Under the pieces are notes generated by a model. The model saw nothing but the letters and a program-made list of their open reading frames with translations. It made no database searches and was not told where the DNA came from. A program made the translations under genes and the position numbers. Below are positions 1 through 8,818 of a stretch of 35,641 nt of DNA, in pieces (within the stretch, counting starts at the first letter, position 1; every line of letters starts with the position of its first letter). The stretch is from Planctomycetota bacterium (GTDB taxonomy: Bacteria; Planctomycetota; Planctomycetia; Pirellulales; Pirellulaceae): positions 1-35,641 of the forward strand of contig JAZADA010000342.1 in assembly GCA_036124135.1 (NCBI GenBank). The letters are read 5' to 3'.

Positions 1-78
1 AAAGGAATGTCGCAGTGTCATGGCTTGCGGTTGGAGTCGCTTGTGTTTCTGGGGCCGGAACATTGAACGGGACTGAAA

Positions 79-1839
79 TTATTGGTACTTGTTGCGTTCC
101 AGGTAGCTGATCCGCGCCTCTGTTCGATCGGCGATGATCGCTTCCAGTTGTCCGTTCGTACTGCGCGCCGTTGGATTGACGAACGTACTGATGAACTGGC
201 CGTTTCCGCCCACTTCAAAGAGATACGATTCGTCGTTGTCCTGGCTGCTGAAGACCGTCACGATCGACCCTTCTCGATCGCCCAGGAAGGTTGCGCCCGC
301 TGAGTCAGCAACGAGGAAGTCATTGTCAAAAATAACGGCAGGTACGTCCGTGCCGGGTAACGTACCCAGGCGTGCCTGCAGCTTGGCATCTTCCTGCGTC
401 AGGACGAGACCGCTGTGCCGGTCTTTCCAGCGAGTGACCAGGCTGCCTGCCTGTGGGTTGGCTGTTGCCGGATCTCCATCCAGGTCAGCGGCATCGAGCC
501 AGAATCTGAGGCCGGGAAGTTTTGCCAGTTGCGTGATGTCCAGGAGAACTTCTTCGGCAGTCAGTGGTCGATTGAAAACAAGTACTTGCGAAACTCGGCC
601 ATTGAAAAACGCCGTCGAGGCCTTGCCGCTACCGTTGGTAGCACCGCCCAGCGAAACATAGGTTGGTTTCTTAAGCCCCTGGTACCAGTGCCCACGATTG
701 CTGCCTGCCAGGCTTCCTTGCTCGGTCGATAATCGACCATCCGTGAAGTACTGCCACTTGCCCTTCGTGCCGTTGACAACGGTCCGGTGCGGCTTGTTGT
801 CCGTCACGTGGCGGCGATCGAAATAGTAATCATTGCCCAGGGCTCCACCCATCGCCTGGATCCCGAAGCCGGCCTGCAGTGCCAGTCGCTCCTTGAGACG
901 GGCCGACAGGATGGCCAGTTCCTTGCTGGCGTTGGCGGCTTCTGCCTGGAGCTGCTTGCCCTTGGCAGTGGCCCAGTCCGCCTCTCCCTTGCGATAAAAA
1001 GCAGCCGGTGTGGGACCTCCGATCTGGAAACCGTCTCCCCGCAGCGGGGGTGGAATCTGGACCGTGGCAAAGAAGGCCTTGAGGCGGTAGAAATCGGCCG
1101 TGGGGATCGGATCATACTTGTGATCGTGACATTTCGCGCAGCCAACAGTGAGGCCCAGGAAAACGCTGCCAACGGTGGAGGTCATTTCACTCAGTAATTC
1201 GTGCCGTGATTCATCCCCCCGCGGCTCCGTGAAGGGAGCCAGTCGCAGGAAGGTCATCGCCACCAACGGTTCGGGTTTCACGTTGGGTAACTCGCCGGCT
1301 CCCAGGATATCCTGTAATTCGTCACCAGCCAGTTGTTCACGGATGAATTGGTCATAGGGCTTGTCTCGATTGAACGAGTCAATGACGTAGTCCCGGTATC
1401 GCCAGGCATGGGGCATATCGGGGTCTCCCTCGTAGCCGGCCGTGTCTGCATAGCGTGCCAGGTCAAGCCAGTAACGAGCCCAGTGTTCCCCGTAACGGGG
1501 ATCATCAAGCAGCTTGTTAACCAGTTTCGAATAGGCTTCCGGTGACTTGTCCTGGAGGAAAGTCGCAGTCTCTTCCGGGGACGGTGGCAAACCGATCAGG
1601 TCCAGGTAGAGTCGTCGCAGTCGTACCTGGCGCTCGGCACGTTGAGCCGGCTGCAACTGGCGTTCCTGGAGTGCCTTGAGAACGAAGGCATCGATATCAT
1701 TGGACTTCCATTCCGCCTGGGTGACTTCCGGGATGGCAGGTTGGACCGGTAACCGGTAAGGCCATTCCTTTTGTTGAGCCAACAGGCTGGAAGCCAGCGA
1801 GCTGATGACCAGGATGGATGGGATGAATAAACGAAACAT
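79..1839 (-). CDS. Secreted DUF1549 (PSCyt2)-domain protein with a LamG-like C-terminal region and no recognisable DUF1553 tail
   Basis: 586-aa ORF with a signal peptide ([23 protein letters not shown]). DUF1549-type strings are present: [54 protein letters not shown] and [11 protein letters not shown]. The C-terminal half carries LamG-type strings ([20 protein letters not shown]; [23 protein letters not shown]). The TAA stop is at 79-81. Confidence 0.9.
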   Translation of the reverse strand: MFRLFIPSILVISSLASSLLAQQKEWPYRLPVQPAIPEVTQAEWKSNDIDAFVLKALQERQLQPAQRAERQVRLRRLYLDLIGLPPSPEETATFLQDKSPEAYSKLVNKLLDDPRYGEHWARYWLDLARYADTAGYEGDPDMPHAWRYRDYVIDSFNRDKPYDQFIREQLAGDELQDILGAGELPNVKPEPLVAMTFLRLAPFTEPRGDESRHELLSEMTSTVGSVFLGLTVGCAKCHDHKYDPIPTADFYRLKAFFATVQIPPPLRGDGFQIGGPTPAAFYRKGEADWATAKGKQLQAEAANASKELAILSARLKERLALQAGFGIQAMGGALGNDYYFDRRHVTDNKPHRTVVNGTKGKWQYFTDGRLSTEQGSLAGSNRGHWYQGLKKPTYVSLGGATNGSGKASTAFFNGRVSQVLVFNRPLTAEEVLLDITQLAKLPGLRFWLDAADLDGDPATANPQAGSLVTRWKDRHSGLVLTQEDAKLQARLGTLPGTDVPAVIFDNDFLVADSAGATFLGDREGSIVTVFSSQDNDESYLFEVGGNGQFISTFVNPTARSTNGQLEAIIADRTEARISYLERNKYQ

Positions 1840-1856
1840 GTCTTGCCAGCTGTGGG

Positions 1857-2321
1857 TTACTCGGATTCGATTTCGGCAAAAACGCTTAGTTGAATGGCGG
1901 CGTTTAGTGGCATCTCGTGAATGCCCAGGGCAGTCCGGGTATGTTTTCCCCGATCGCCAAAAACCTCGAAGAAAAGGTCACTGGCCCCGTTGAGTACCTG
2001 GGGTTGTCCCTGGAACCCAGGACTGCTGTGTACGTTCCCTTCCAGTCTTAGGATTTTAGTAATGCATGACAGGTTGCCGGCCGCAGCCTTGAGCTGGGCG
2101 ATCGCATTGATCGCGCACAGGCGCGCGGCCTGGTACCCATCCTCGACCGTAACGTCGTCACCACATTTTCCAGGGTACTGGATCTGGCCGGCGACGAAAG
2201 GCAACTGACCAGATGTCATGATCACGTTACCGGTTTGAATCCACGGGACATAGTTTGCCACGGCCGGTGGTGCTTCCGGAAGCGTGATGTCCAGTTCGGC
2301 CAGTTTTTCTTCAGGGGTCAT
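1857..2321 (-). CDS. RidA/YjgF/UK114-family protein (putative reactive-intermediate deaminase)
   Basis: 154-aa ORF of typical family length. Strings match the family: [60 protein letters not shown]. It ends 17 nt upstream of the 79-1839 gene on the same strand, so the two are probably co-transcribed. Confidence 0.85.
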   Translation of the reverse strand: MTPEEKLAELDITLPEAPPAVANYVPWIQTGNVIMTSGQLPFVAGQIQYPGKCGDDVTVEDGYQAARLCAINAIAQLKAAAGNLSCITKILRLEGNVHSSPGFQGQPQVLNGASDLFFEVFGDRGKHTRTALGIHEMPLNAAIQLSVFAEIESE

Positions 2322-2767
2322 GGGGGAGGTTCTTTCCAGGGAGTCCTTCGAAACGTCCGCATATTATAGACGAAACGAGCGTTGCAGTAACGGATTCCCA
2401 GCGCAAACCGTGGGACGTTATGAAAAGAGAGTGAAAAGTCGTGTAGGCTGTCTGACCGGATGTTTTGCAAACACAGGTGAATAGCGATGGTTGCTGTGGG
2501 TGACGATTTCACTTACGGCAATGGATCGATTTTGAGGGGGTTGGTACCGCTAGCGAAACCAGTCGGCATCGGTTCCCAGGGGAATTTCGATACGGCTACC
2601 GGCTGCAGGTCCATAAAAACACCGCTGGTCCCCCTATTTACCCTATTCTTTTAGCGCCAATCTGGAGTCGTGTTGATTGTAACCATCGCCGATATAAACT
2701 ATACATTAAGTTCTCTTGATGGGTTCTTGGAGCTCAATTGGTCTTGTTGACGGAGATTGGATTCGTG

Positions 2768-4891
2768 ATGAAACAAATCATTGCCCCCATGACCATGCTG
2801 GTTGTATTTGGATCCGGTTTTTTGCACGCTGCTGAGACGCTGGATACGGTGCTGGCTGCTGAGAACAAGGATCGAGGCGTGACCCATGTCTCGGTTGGCA
2901 AGATCGACGACATGGCCTATTTGCGTCGCGTGAGTGTTGACCTGATTGGACGCATTCCAACCATTGCCGAGGTGGATGAATACCTGGCCTGGCCGCAGGC
3001 AAAGCGACGTGAATTGCTGGTTGACAAGTTGATTGCCAGTGATCGATTTGCAGATCGCTGGACCGTTTTCTTTGCAGACCTGTTGCGGTTGCGCAGCAAC
3101 GTGACAGGTGGTTCTGCATTGATCGCTTATGTTCACCAGGCCATTCAAAATGACTTACCTTACAACCAACTGGCATCCCGTTTGATTGCCACCAATGGCA
3201 AGGCTGGTCGAGTGCCCGAGGTTGGATTTATCCTGGGAGATAATGCGGATCCACTGGCGATGGCCAGTGTCACGTCCCAGGTTTTCCTGGGAGTACGGAT
3301 TGGTTGTGCCCAGTGCCATGACCATCCTTTTGATAAGTGGACACGCAAGGACTTTTACTCGGTCGCTGCTTACTTCGGAAAAACACGCCGTTACGAGAGC
3401 AACTTTACCCGTGCGGTCTACACGTCCGAGGGAAAACAGACCACGGTCCTGTGGCCTCCGGAGGACGAGGCAGATCCGGCGGATCGCCAGGCGCTGACTC
3501 CTTCCTTCCCGTTCACCATGATGGACAAGAAGGCCAAGCCGGCATTCATCGTGCGTTACGAGGCCCTGCTCCAGGAACGTGCAGCGAAGAAAGCCGCCAG
3601 CAAGGGAAAGGGGCCATCGCTGGATGCGTTGTTGGCCGATGCAGACAAGAAAGTCACGCAGGCTACCCGTGGTGATGTTGACCTGGGGCAGGACGAGGCC
3701 CGCAAGGAAATCAACAAGATCAATATCAAGGACAGCCTCTATCGTCCCAGCGAGTACCGGGAACAGCTGGCGGCGCTGATCACGAGTCCTCGGAATCGTT
3801 ATTTTTCCGAGGCCTTTGTGAACCGCGTCTGGAAGGAACTGGTCGGACGAGGGTTTGTTGAACCCGTGGATGATTTTCGAGCCGATAATCCGGCCAGTCA
3901 CCCGCGTACGCTCGGCCTGCTGGCTGATAATTTCGTGGCCAGTGGTTTCAGTTTTCGGCAGCTGGTGCGCACGATCATCCAGACGGACGCTTACCAGCTG
4001 AAACAGGTTCCTCGTGATGTGACGGAACTGGTTCAGGAAGAACTGGAAGCCGCCTTCCTGGCAACGCCCATGCGTCGAATGTACAGCGAGTCTCTTTATG
4101 ACAGCATCGTCACGGCAGGACACCTGTTCGACGTGAAGTACACGGCCGGTCAGAATGAGAGGGTGATCGAGCAGGAGATTCGCGTCTTGCTGGGTGGCGA
4201 GGACAAGACCCAGCCCGTGGCCCAGGCCATTATCGATGGTGCTGGAGAGGGTGATGCTGCCGAGATGAAAAAGATGAAGACGGCTGGTACAGCGACGCGA
4301 GCAGGTTACAAGCTGGAAGAAGCGATCGAACTGGATTTCGCCGCGCTGCTCAAGCCGGATGATGAAGTAAAGATCGATCGCATGCAGGTGAAAACCGCTG
4401 AAGAACTGGAAGCTGAGCGGATGGCCATGGAGCGAGTTGTCAGCCGACCTGGCATGAAATATGAAACGAAGATCGTCAAGCGAACGATTGATGATAATCC
4501 ACGGTTTAGTTCCTCCCTGCGGATGGCCAGTCCTGCCCCGATCGGGCACTTTGTGCGTGTTTTTGGGCAGACGTCCCGCAATGACCTGGGCGAAGCACGG
4601 AACCAGACTCCGTCGATGCGACAGGCCCTGATGATGCTCAACGGGCGCCTGACCCATGAAGCATCGCGCGTGGGTGACCTGGAACCAATCCATAAGTACC
4701 TGGCGGGCAAGCAACCCCGGTTGGATCAAGCGGTCAAGTTTGCTTACCGCGAGATCCTGACACGGGAGCCTTCCGCGGATGAAATGGCAAATGCCATGGA
4801 TATCCTGCAAGGGGCAAAGACCGCCACGGATGGCATGGCTGATTTGCGATGGGTTTTACTCAACAGTAATGAGTTTCGCTTTCTGCCGTGA
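2768..4891 (+). CDS. Secreted DUF1549 (PSCyt2) + DUF1553 (PSD1) protein
   Basis: The ORF track opens at 2738. I prefer the ATG at 2768 because it yields a signal peptide (MKQIIAPMTMLVVFGSGFLHAAE). DUF1549 strings: VSVDLIGRIPT, ASDRFADRWTVFFADLLR, CAQCHDHPFDKWTRKDFY. DUF1553-type tail: FSEAFVNRVWKELVGRGFVEPVDDF, QALMMLNG, LLNSNEFRFLP. Confidence 0.92.
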   Translation: MKQIIAPMTMLVVFGSGFLHAAETLDTVLAAENKDRGVTHVSVGKIDDMAYLRRVSVDLIGRIPTIAEVDEYLAWPQAKRRELLVDKLIASDRFADRWTVFFADLLRLRSNVTGGSALIAYVHQAIQNDLPYNQLASRLIATNGKAGRVPEVGFILGDNADPLAMASVTSQVFLGVRIGCAQCHDHPFDKWTRKDFYSVAAYFGKTRRYESNFTRAVYTSEGKQTTVLWPPEDEADPADRQALTPSFPFTMMDKKAKPAFIVRYEALLQERAAKKAASKGKGPSLDALLADADKKVTQATRGDVDLGQDEARKEINKINIKDSLYRPSEYREQLAALITSPRNRYFSEAFVNRVWKELVGRGFVEPVDDFRADNPASHPRTLGLLADNFVASGFSFRQLVRTIIQTDAYQLKQVPRDVTELVQEELEAAFLATPMRRMYSESLYDSIVTAGHLFDVKYTAGQNERVIEQEIRVLLGGEDKTQPVAQAIIDGAGEGDAAEMKKMKTAGTATRAGYKLEEAIELDFAALLKPDDEVKIDRMQVKTAEELEAERMAMERVVSRPGMKYETKIVKRTIDDNPRFSSSLRMASPAPIGHFVRVFGQTSRNDLGEARNQTPSMRQALMMLNGRLTHEASRVGDLEPIHKYLAGKQPRLDQAVKFAYREILTREPSADEMANAMDILQGAKTATDGMADLRWVLLNSNEFRFLP

Positions 4892-4946
4892 TCATAGACG
4901 ACGATGTAATTAAACTTTGTGCGACGACGATAGCGTTAACACGAAC

Positions 4947-4952
4947 GAGGAG
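4947..4952 (+). promoter_or_regulatory. Shine-Dalgarno-like GAGGAG upstream of the DUF1501 gene
   Basis: GAGGAG lies 9 nt upstream of the ATG at 4962. Confidence 0.5.
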
Positions 4953-4961
4953 AATTGATTC

Positions 4962-6215
4962 ATGGGATGTAATGAATACAAGCTAAGCCGACGCGCCATG
5001 ATGGGTGCCACAGGTGCATCGTTGCTGGGATTGAGTATTCGCGACCTGCTGGCTTTTGCCGGTAAGGATCACGCGGCCAAGGCCGAGCACGTGATTCTCT
5101 TCTGGAACGGTGGGGGAATGTCCCATATCGATACCTGGGATCCGAAGCCAGGCCGTCCGACCCAGGGTGAGTTCGATCCGATTTCCACCTCCGTACCGGG
5201 GATCCAGATCTCGGAGATTTTCCCGAAGTTGTCCAAGCAGATGCATCATGCGGCATTGATTCGATCCATCGCCGGTACCCAGGGTGCCCATGGACGAGCT
5301 ACTTACAACCTGCAGACCAGTTACCTGCCTGGCGCCAACCTGCGTCACCCGGGTGTCGGTTCAGTCGTGGTTCACGAACTGGAAAACCAGAGCGATCTAC
5401 CTCCCTACGTGACGATCAGTGGACAGGCCCCGCGGGCCAGTTACCTGGGCCAGCAGTGCGAGGCCTATTACGTTGCGGCCCCGGGTGAAAAAGATCCCTA
5501 CCTGGCATTCCCGGAAGGAATCGCCAAGGTCCGTGGTGATCGCCGACTGGAAGAACTGGCAAAATTCAACAAGGGTTTCAAGGGGCGTTCCAAGGACAGT
5601 CGACTGGCCGCCACGCAGACATCGATTAACGAAGCGGTGCGATTGATGCGTAGCCCGGCGCTGGAAGCCTTTGCCCTGGACAAGGTGAAACCTGCGACGA
5701 TTGAACGTTACGGGGATACGAACTTTGGTCGCGGTGCCCTGCTGGCTCGCAGGCTGGTAGAGACGGGTGTCCGGTTTGTCCAGGTGAATCGCGGCGGATT
5801 TGATACGCACAGTAACAATTTCCCGGCCATGACCTCGCACGGTGAAGTCATGGATCCGGCATTGGCCTCGCTGATCGAGGACCTCCAGGAGACAGGCATG
5901 CTGGAGAAAACCCTGGTGCTCATGTTGAGTGAGTTCGGTCGTACGCCCCGAGTCAACGATAATGCTGGTCGGGATCACTGGCCAGGCGTTTTCAGTTGCT
6001 TCATGGCGGGCGGCGGCATCAAGGGTGGCCAGGTCATCGGTTCTTCCGATGAAGATGGAGCGATGCCCAAGGATCGCCCCGTCGAGGTGGCCAGCATTCA
6101 TGCAACATTATGTCATGCACTAGGTATTAATCACGACAAGGAAGTCATGACGCCCCTGCAGCGTCCTATGAAACTGGTAGATAACGGGAAGCCCGTTATG
6201 GAACTGTTTGGCTAG
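4962..6215 (+). CDS. DUF1501-domain protein (sulfatase/alkaline-phosphatase-like fold) with a Tat-type signal
   Basis: 417-aa ORF with a twin-arginine-like N-terminus (SRRAMMGATGASLLGLS). DUF1501 strings: FWNGGGMSHIDTWDPKP, RFVQVNRGGFDTHSNNF, LSEFGRTPRVNDNAGRDHWP, AGGGIKGGQVIGSSD. It starts 70 nt after the DUF1549/1553 gene, which is the classic planctomycete gene pair. Confidence 0.93.
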   Translation: MGCNEYKLSRRAMMGATGASLLGLSIRDLLAFAGKDHAAKAEHVILFWNGGGMSHIDTWDPKPGRPTQGEFDPISTSVPGIQISEIFPKLSKQMHHAALIRSIAGTQGAHGRATYNLQTSYLPGANLRHPGVGSVVVHELENQSDLPPYVTISGQAPRASYLGQQCEAYYVAAPGEKDPYLAFPEGIAKVRGDRRLEELAKFNKGFKGRSKDSRLAATQTSINEAVRLMRSPALEAFALDKVKPATIERYGDTNFGRGALLARRLVETGVRFVQVNRGGFDTHSNNFPAMTSHGEVMDPALASLIEDLQETGMLEKTLVLMLSEFGRTPRVNDNAGRDHWPGVFSCFMAGGGIKGGQVIGSSDEDGAMPKDRPVEVASIHATLCHALGINHDKEVMTPLQRPMKLVDNGKPVMELFG

Positions 6216-6258
6216 TTCGCCTGCCAGTTGGATTTGATACAATAGATTGGTTTTACGG

Positions 6259-6301
6259 AAAAACCTGGCATGACCACGTGGGTGGTCTGCCAGGTTTTTT
6301 T
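6259..6301 (+). terminator. Rho-independent terminator after the DUF1501 gene
   Basis: The left arm CCTGGCATGACCAC (6264-6277) pairs with GTGGTCTGCCAGG (6282-6294), leaving one bulged T and a GTGG loop. An A-run precedes the hairpin and seven Ts follow it (6295-6301). It lies 44 nt after the stop codon at 6213-6215. Confidence 0.8.
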
Positions 6302-6342
6302 GACGAATAGTTACTTCCGGACAAGCAAGGTTTCAAGGTTCT

Positions 6343-8748
6343 ATGACACGTTCAAGTATCGTTATTGCGTTGGCTGCCTGGTTGGTTTTCCCAGCTTGCG
6401 GTGGAATGGTTCAGGCCCAGGAAGAAGCCCCTGCGAAACCCGTGTTGCGAGGTTCGCTCGTGGAAGATCGCGCTGCTCGACAACTGGTCGAGGCAGGGGA
6501 TGCACGGCTGGATGCCAGTGAAACGGAAAAAGCACTGGAACTCTGGAGATCGGTGATCGAAAGGTATCCGCGCAGCCGCGTACGCTACACGGCTCACATG
6601 CGGCTGGGTAGCTATTACCTGGACCGGGAACGTGACTATGATCGTGCACGAACTCACTTCGAGGCCGTTAGTTCAGAAGAAAATCGAGATGATACCCAGC
6701 GTGCCGATGCCACGCTCAATGTCGGAGTCTGTCATTACCATGGGAGACTTTATGGTAAGTGCTTCCAGGTCATGCGTGGTGTGATCGAGGAGTTCCCGGT
6801 CAGCGCCCAGGTAAACCAGGCCTACTATTATATCGGGCTCGGACATTTCCAGCAGGGACACTACAGTCGCGCTATCGAGGCCCTCGAGAAAGTAGGCACC
6901 ACGCTGACGGATGAAGACAGCAACAATGGTAAGCTCGAAGCCGGCAAACGATTTTTTATCAAGATCGAAGATGCGGACCTGGCGGTACTTGATGCCGAGG
7001 ACAGCATCACCGTGATCTGTAAGTCGAGCAATGGTGACAGCGAGAAGGTTCCGTGTTTCCCGGTAGGGCGTAACGTGCGCGTGGTACTGGGGTCGATCAT
7101 GACACAACTGGGAGTGCCGCAGCCTGGTAACGGAATGTTGGAGGTCAAGGGCGGTGACAAGATCCAGGTCTTGTATACCGATGCACACACCGAGGATAAG
7201 AAGGTTGACCGGGAAGTGATCTCCGAGGTGATCGTCGTTGGAGATGGTATCGTGCAGATCAAGGATGGAGCCTACCGGGAGAGCCTCAACGGAGTGGTAC
7301 TCGGCAAGACCGTGAATATCGAGATCAGTGACGCGGATCGTGATGTGACCGAGAAAGCCGATACCATCAAGGCCACGGTCGCAATTTATCGACGTAAGAC
7401 CGAAGAAGAAGTCGAGGCGGAAATGGCAGCCCAGGTGGCCAAGGACGGGGTACCTGATGAGGCCCAGCCGGCTCCCAAGCCTGCCGAGGCCACTGCGGTT
7501 GATGATTTGCCGTTGCTGGCAGAGGAAAAAAAGATCGATCCATTCAAACGTATTGAAACGTTTGACATTACGTTGACGGAGGCCGTTGTCGAGCGCAAGC
7601 TCCCAGTGATTTCGGAGCCGGCACCGGCCGAAAAGGAAGCAGACACGCCCGTGAAGGTAGGGGAGGCCGCTTCGGATCCGCCCGTCGAGGAAAAACCAGC
7701 GACCCCCGTTCCACCGCCGTCCAATGCGATTCACACGGGCATCTTTCGTACCACGGTTTCCGTTGTGCGTAACGAGAAAGCCCTGGGTGATGCCATCCTG
7801 CAGGCGTTACCTGGTGACGAGGTCCGTATTACTTACCAGGACCAGTTAAACACGGGTGAAGGAGTCCAGGCCGTAGCAGCCAAGGGACGTTGCCTGGAAG
7901 GAAATATCGGTGGTGTACGCGTCACCCGTGTATTGATATCGGACGAGGAATTGCGGGTCCAGACCCAGTTGAAGACAGCAGATGCGCTGACCAGGATCGC
8001 CAACCGCTACAAGGAATTTGGACTCAAGGAAAAGGCCAAGGATAAATATCGCCAGGCCCTGGATGTCTGTGAAGAGGTGATGCCCGATGTCCAGAAATTA
8101 CGGGGGCGATTGCTCGAGGAGACTTACGTCCAGCTCTGGCATGTCTATTTTGAAATGGATCAACTTAACCTGGCCGCTGCCATGTGCGCACGTCTGCAAC
8201 GCGAGTTTCCCTCCAGTGGTTTTGTCGATGATGCGCTCCTGCAACTGGCCGATGTGGCACGGGCCGAGGGAGATCTAAATCGATCAATCGGTATCTACAC
8301 GCGTTTGGTGAACATGAAGACCAGCCAACTGCGCGGCGAAGCCCAGTTTGGTATCGCGGAATGTTTCGAGGCCATGACCAAGGCGCAGACCAGCGAAGCC
8401 GGGATCGCCCAGATGCGAGACCGTGCATTCCAGGAATACAAGAAAGTCTATGATCGATTTCCGGAAAGTGGTCGCGTGGGTGAGGCGGTTGCCAAGATGG
8501 CCTCCCACTACTACGACCAGAAGGATTATGCCCGCGCTATTGATACCTTTGAAACGGTCCTCGAGAGCCACCCGGATGCTCGCTTCCTGGATGTCATTCT
8601 CTTTAACTATGGCCGCTGCCTGTATCGCATGAATCGCCAGGGACAGGCACGCAGGCGATTCGAACAATTGATTGGTGATTTTCCGGAAAGCCAGCTGGCA
8701 CCGGATGCCAAGAAAATTGCCGAGGCATTAATCAAGTCAGGATTTTGA
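6343..8748 (+). CDS. Secreted TPR protein with a central beta-repeat region (TPR - repeats - TPR)
   Basis: 801-aa ORF with a signal peptide (MTRSSIVIALAAWLVFPACGGMVQAQE). The N- and C-terminal regions show YbgF/BamD-like TPR periodicity, for example RYPRSRVRYTAHMRLGSYY, EFPSSGFVDDALLQLADV and DFPESQLAPDAKK. The central part holds two copies of the repeat module also found in the next gene. An acidic/proline-rich linker sits between them. Confidence 0.9.
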   Translation: MTRSSIVIALAAWLVFPACGGMVQAQEEAPAKPVLRGSLVEDRAARQLVEAGDARLDASETEKALELWRSVIERYPRSRVRYTAHMRLGSYYLDRERDYDRARTHFEAVSSEENRDDTQRADATLNVGVCHYHGRLYGKCFQVMRGVIEEFPVSAQVNQAYYYIGLGHFQQGHYSRAIEALEKVGTTLTDEDSNNGKLEAGKRFFIKIEDADLAVLDAEDSITVICKSSNGDSEKVPCFPVGRNVRVVLGSIMTQLGVPQPGNGMLEVKGGDKIQVLYTDAHTEDKKVDREVISEVIVVGDGIVQIKDGAYRESLNGVVLGKTVNIEISDADRDVTEKADTIKATVAIYRRKTEEEVEAEMAAQVAKDGVPDEAQPAPKPAEATAVDDLPLLAEEKKIDPFKRIETFDITLTEAVVERKLPVISEPAPAEKEADTPVKVGEAASDPPVEEKPATPVPPPSNAIHTGIFRTTVSVVRNEKALGDAILQALPGDEVRITYQDQLNTGEGVQAVAAKGRCLEGNIGGVRVTRVLISDEELRVQTQLKTADALTRIANRYKEFGLKEKAKDKYRQALDVCEEVMPDVQKLRGRLLEETYVQLWHVYFEMDQLNLAAAMCARLQREFPSSGFVDDALLQLADVARAEGDLNRSIGIYTRLVNMKTSQLRGEAQFGIAECFEAMTKAQTSEAGIAQMRDRAFQEYKKVYDRFPESGRVGEAVAKMASHYYDQKDYARAIDTFETVLESHPDARFLDVILFNYGRCLYRMNRQGQARRRFEQLIGDFPESQLAPDAKKIAEALIKSGF
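6940..7862 (+). repeat. Two protein-level copies of the 'DxDxD...G-F...GDxVxxxYxD' beta-module in the 801-aa protein (about 6940-7195 and about 7303-7862)
   Basis: Copy a reads FFIKIEDADLAVLDAEDSITVICKSSNGDSEKV...LEVKGGDKIQVLYTDAHTED. Copy b reads VNIEISDADRDVTEKADTIKATV...[about 110-aa E/P/A-rich insertion]...NAIHTGIFRTTVSV...LPGDEVRITYQDQLNT. Coordinates are approximate. Confidence 0.6.
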
Positions 8749-8818
8749 TAGCACGCCGCTACCCTTGTTTCCTCCCCGAACCATTCTTGCGTGAAAATAA
8801 CTTACAGGGCTTAAACTT

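Noticed and set aside
1-20. Possible start of another minus-strand gene at the window edge. The ATG complement lies at 20-18 and would translate as MTLRHSF..., possibly the DUF1501 partner of the 79-1839 gene.
   Set aside because: Only seven codons are visible and there is no Shine-Dalgarno sequence, so I cannot separate it from chance.
2738-2767. Upstream alternative starts offered by the ORF track: 2738, 16513 (TTG), 17966, 27058 (minus strand), 29448 and 31999.
   Set aside because: In each case a downstream ATG gives a canonical signal peptide or family N-terminus, and for 18020, 29466 and 32032 it is also preceded by a Shine-Dalgarno-like purine run. The longer versions add atypical leaders or overlap the upstream gene. 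The choice remains uncertain without experimental data.
2322-2767. A divergent intergenic region of about 445 nt between the ridA-like and DUF1549/1553 genes. I examined it for a riboswitch, sRNA, tRNA or small ORF. It contains short palindromes such as GGTACC and CGCTAGCG, and the track lists ORFs of 64-66 aa.
   Set aside because: I found no conserved riboswitch or tRNA sequence elements (no T-loop GGTTCGAATCC-type motif) and no terminator-like hairpin. The short ORFs lack signal peptides and motifs. The region most likely holds only the two divergent promoters. A covariance-model scan (Rfam) would settle it.
3155-4810. Long antisense ORFs nested in the large CDSs. Examples are 3155-4810 (-) at 551 aa, 6673-7734 (-) at 353 aa, 11219-12802 (-) at 527 aa, 10364-10984 (-), 19534-20376 (-), 20676-21377 (-), 22713-23453 (-), 28548-29168 (-) and 34976-35518 (-).
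   Set aside because: Each is fully overlapped by an opposite-strand ORF with clear family motifs and a signal peptide. Their translations are Arg/Gly/His/Leu-rich with no recognisable motifs. Such ORFs are typical of the stop-poor antisense frames of GC-rich, codon-biased genes.
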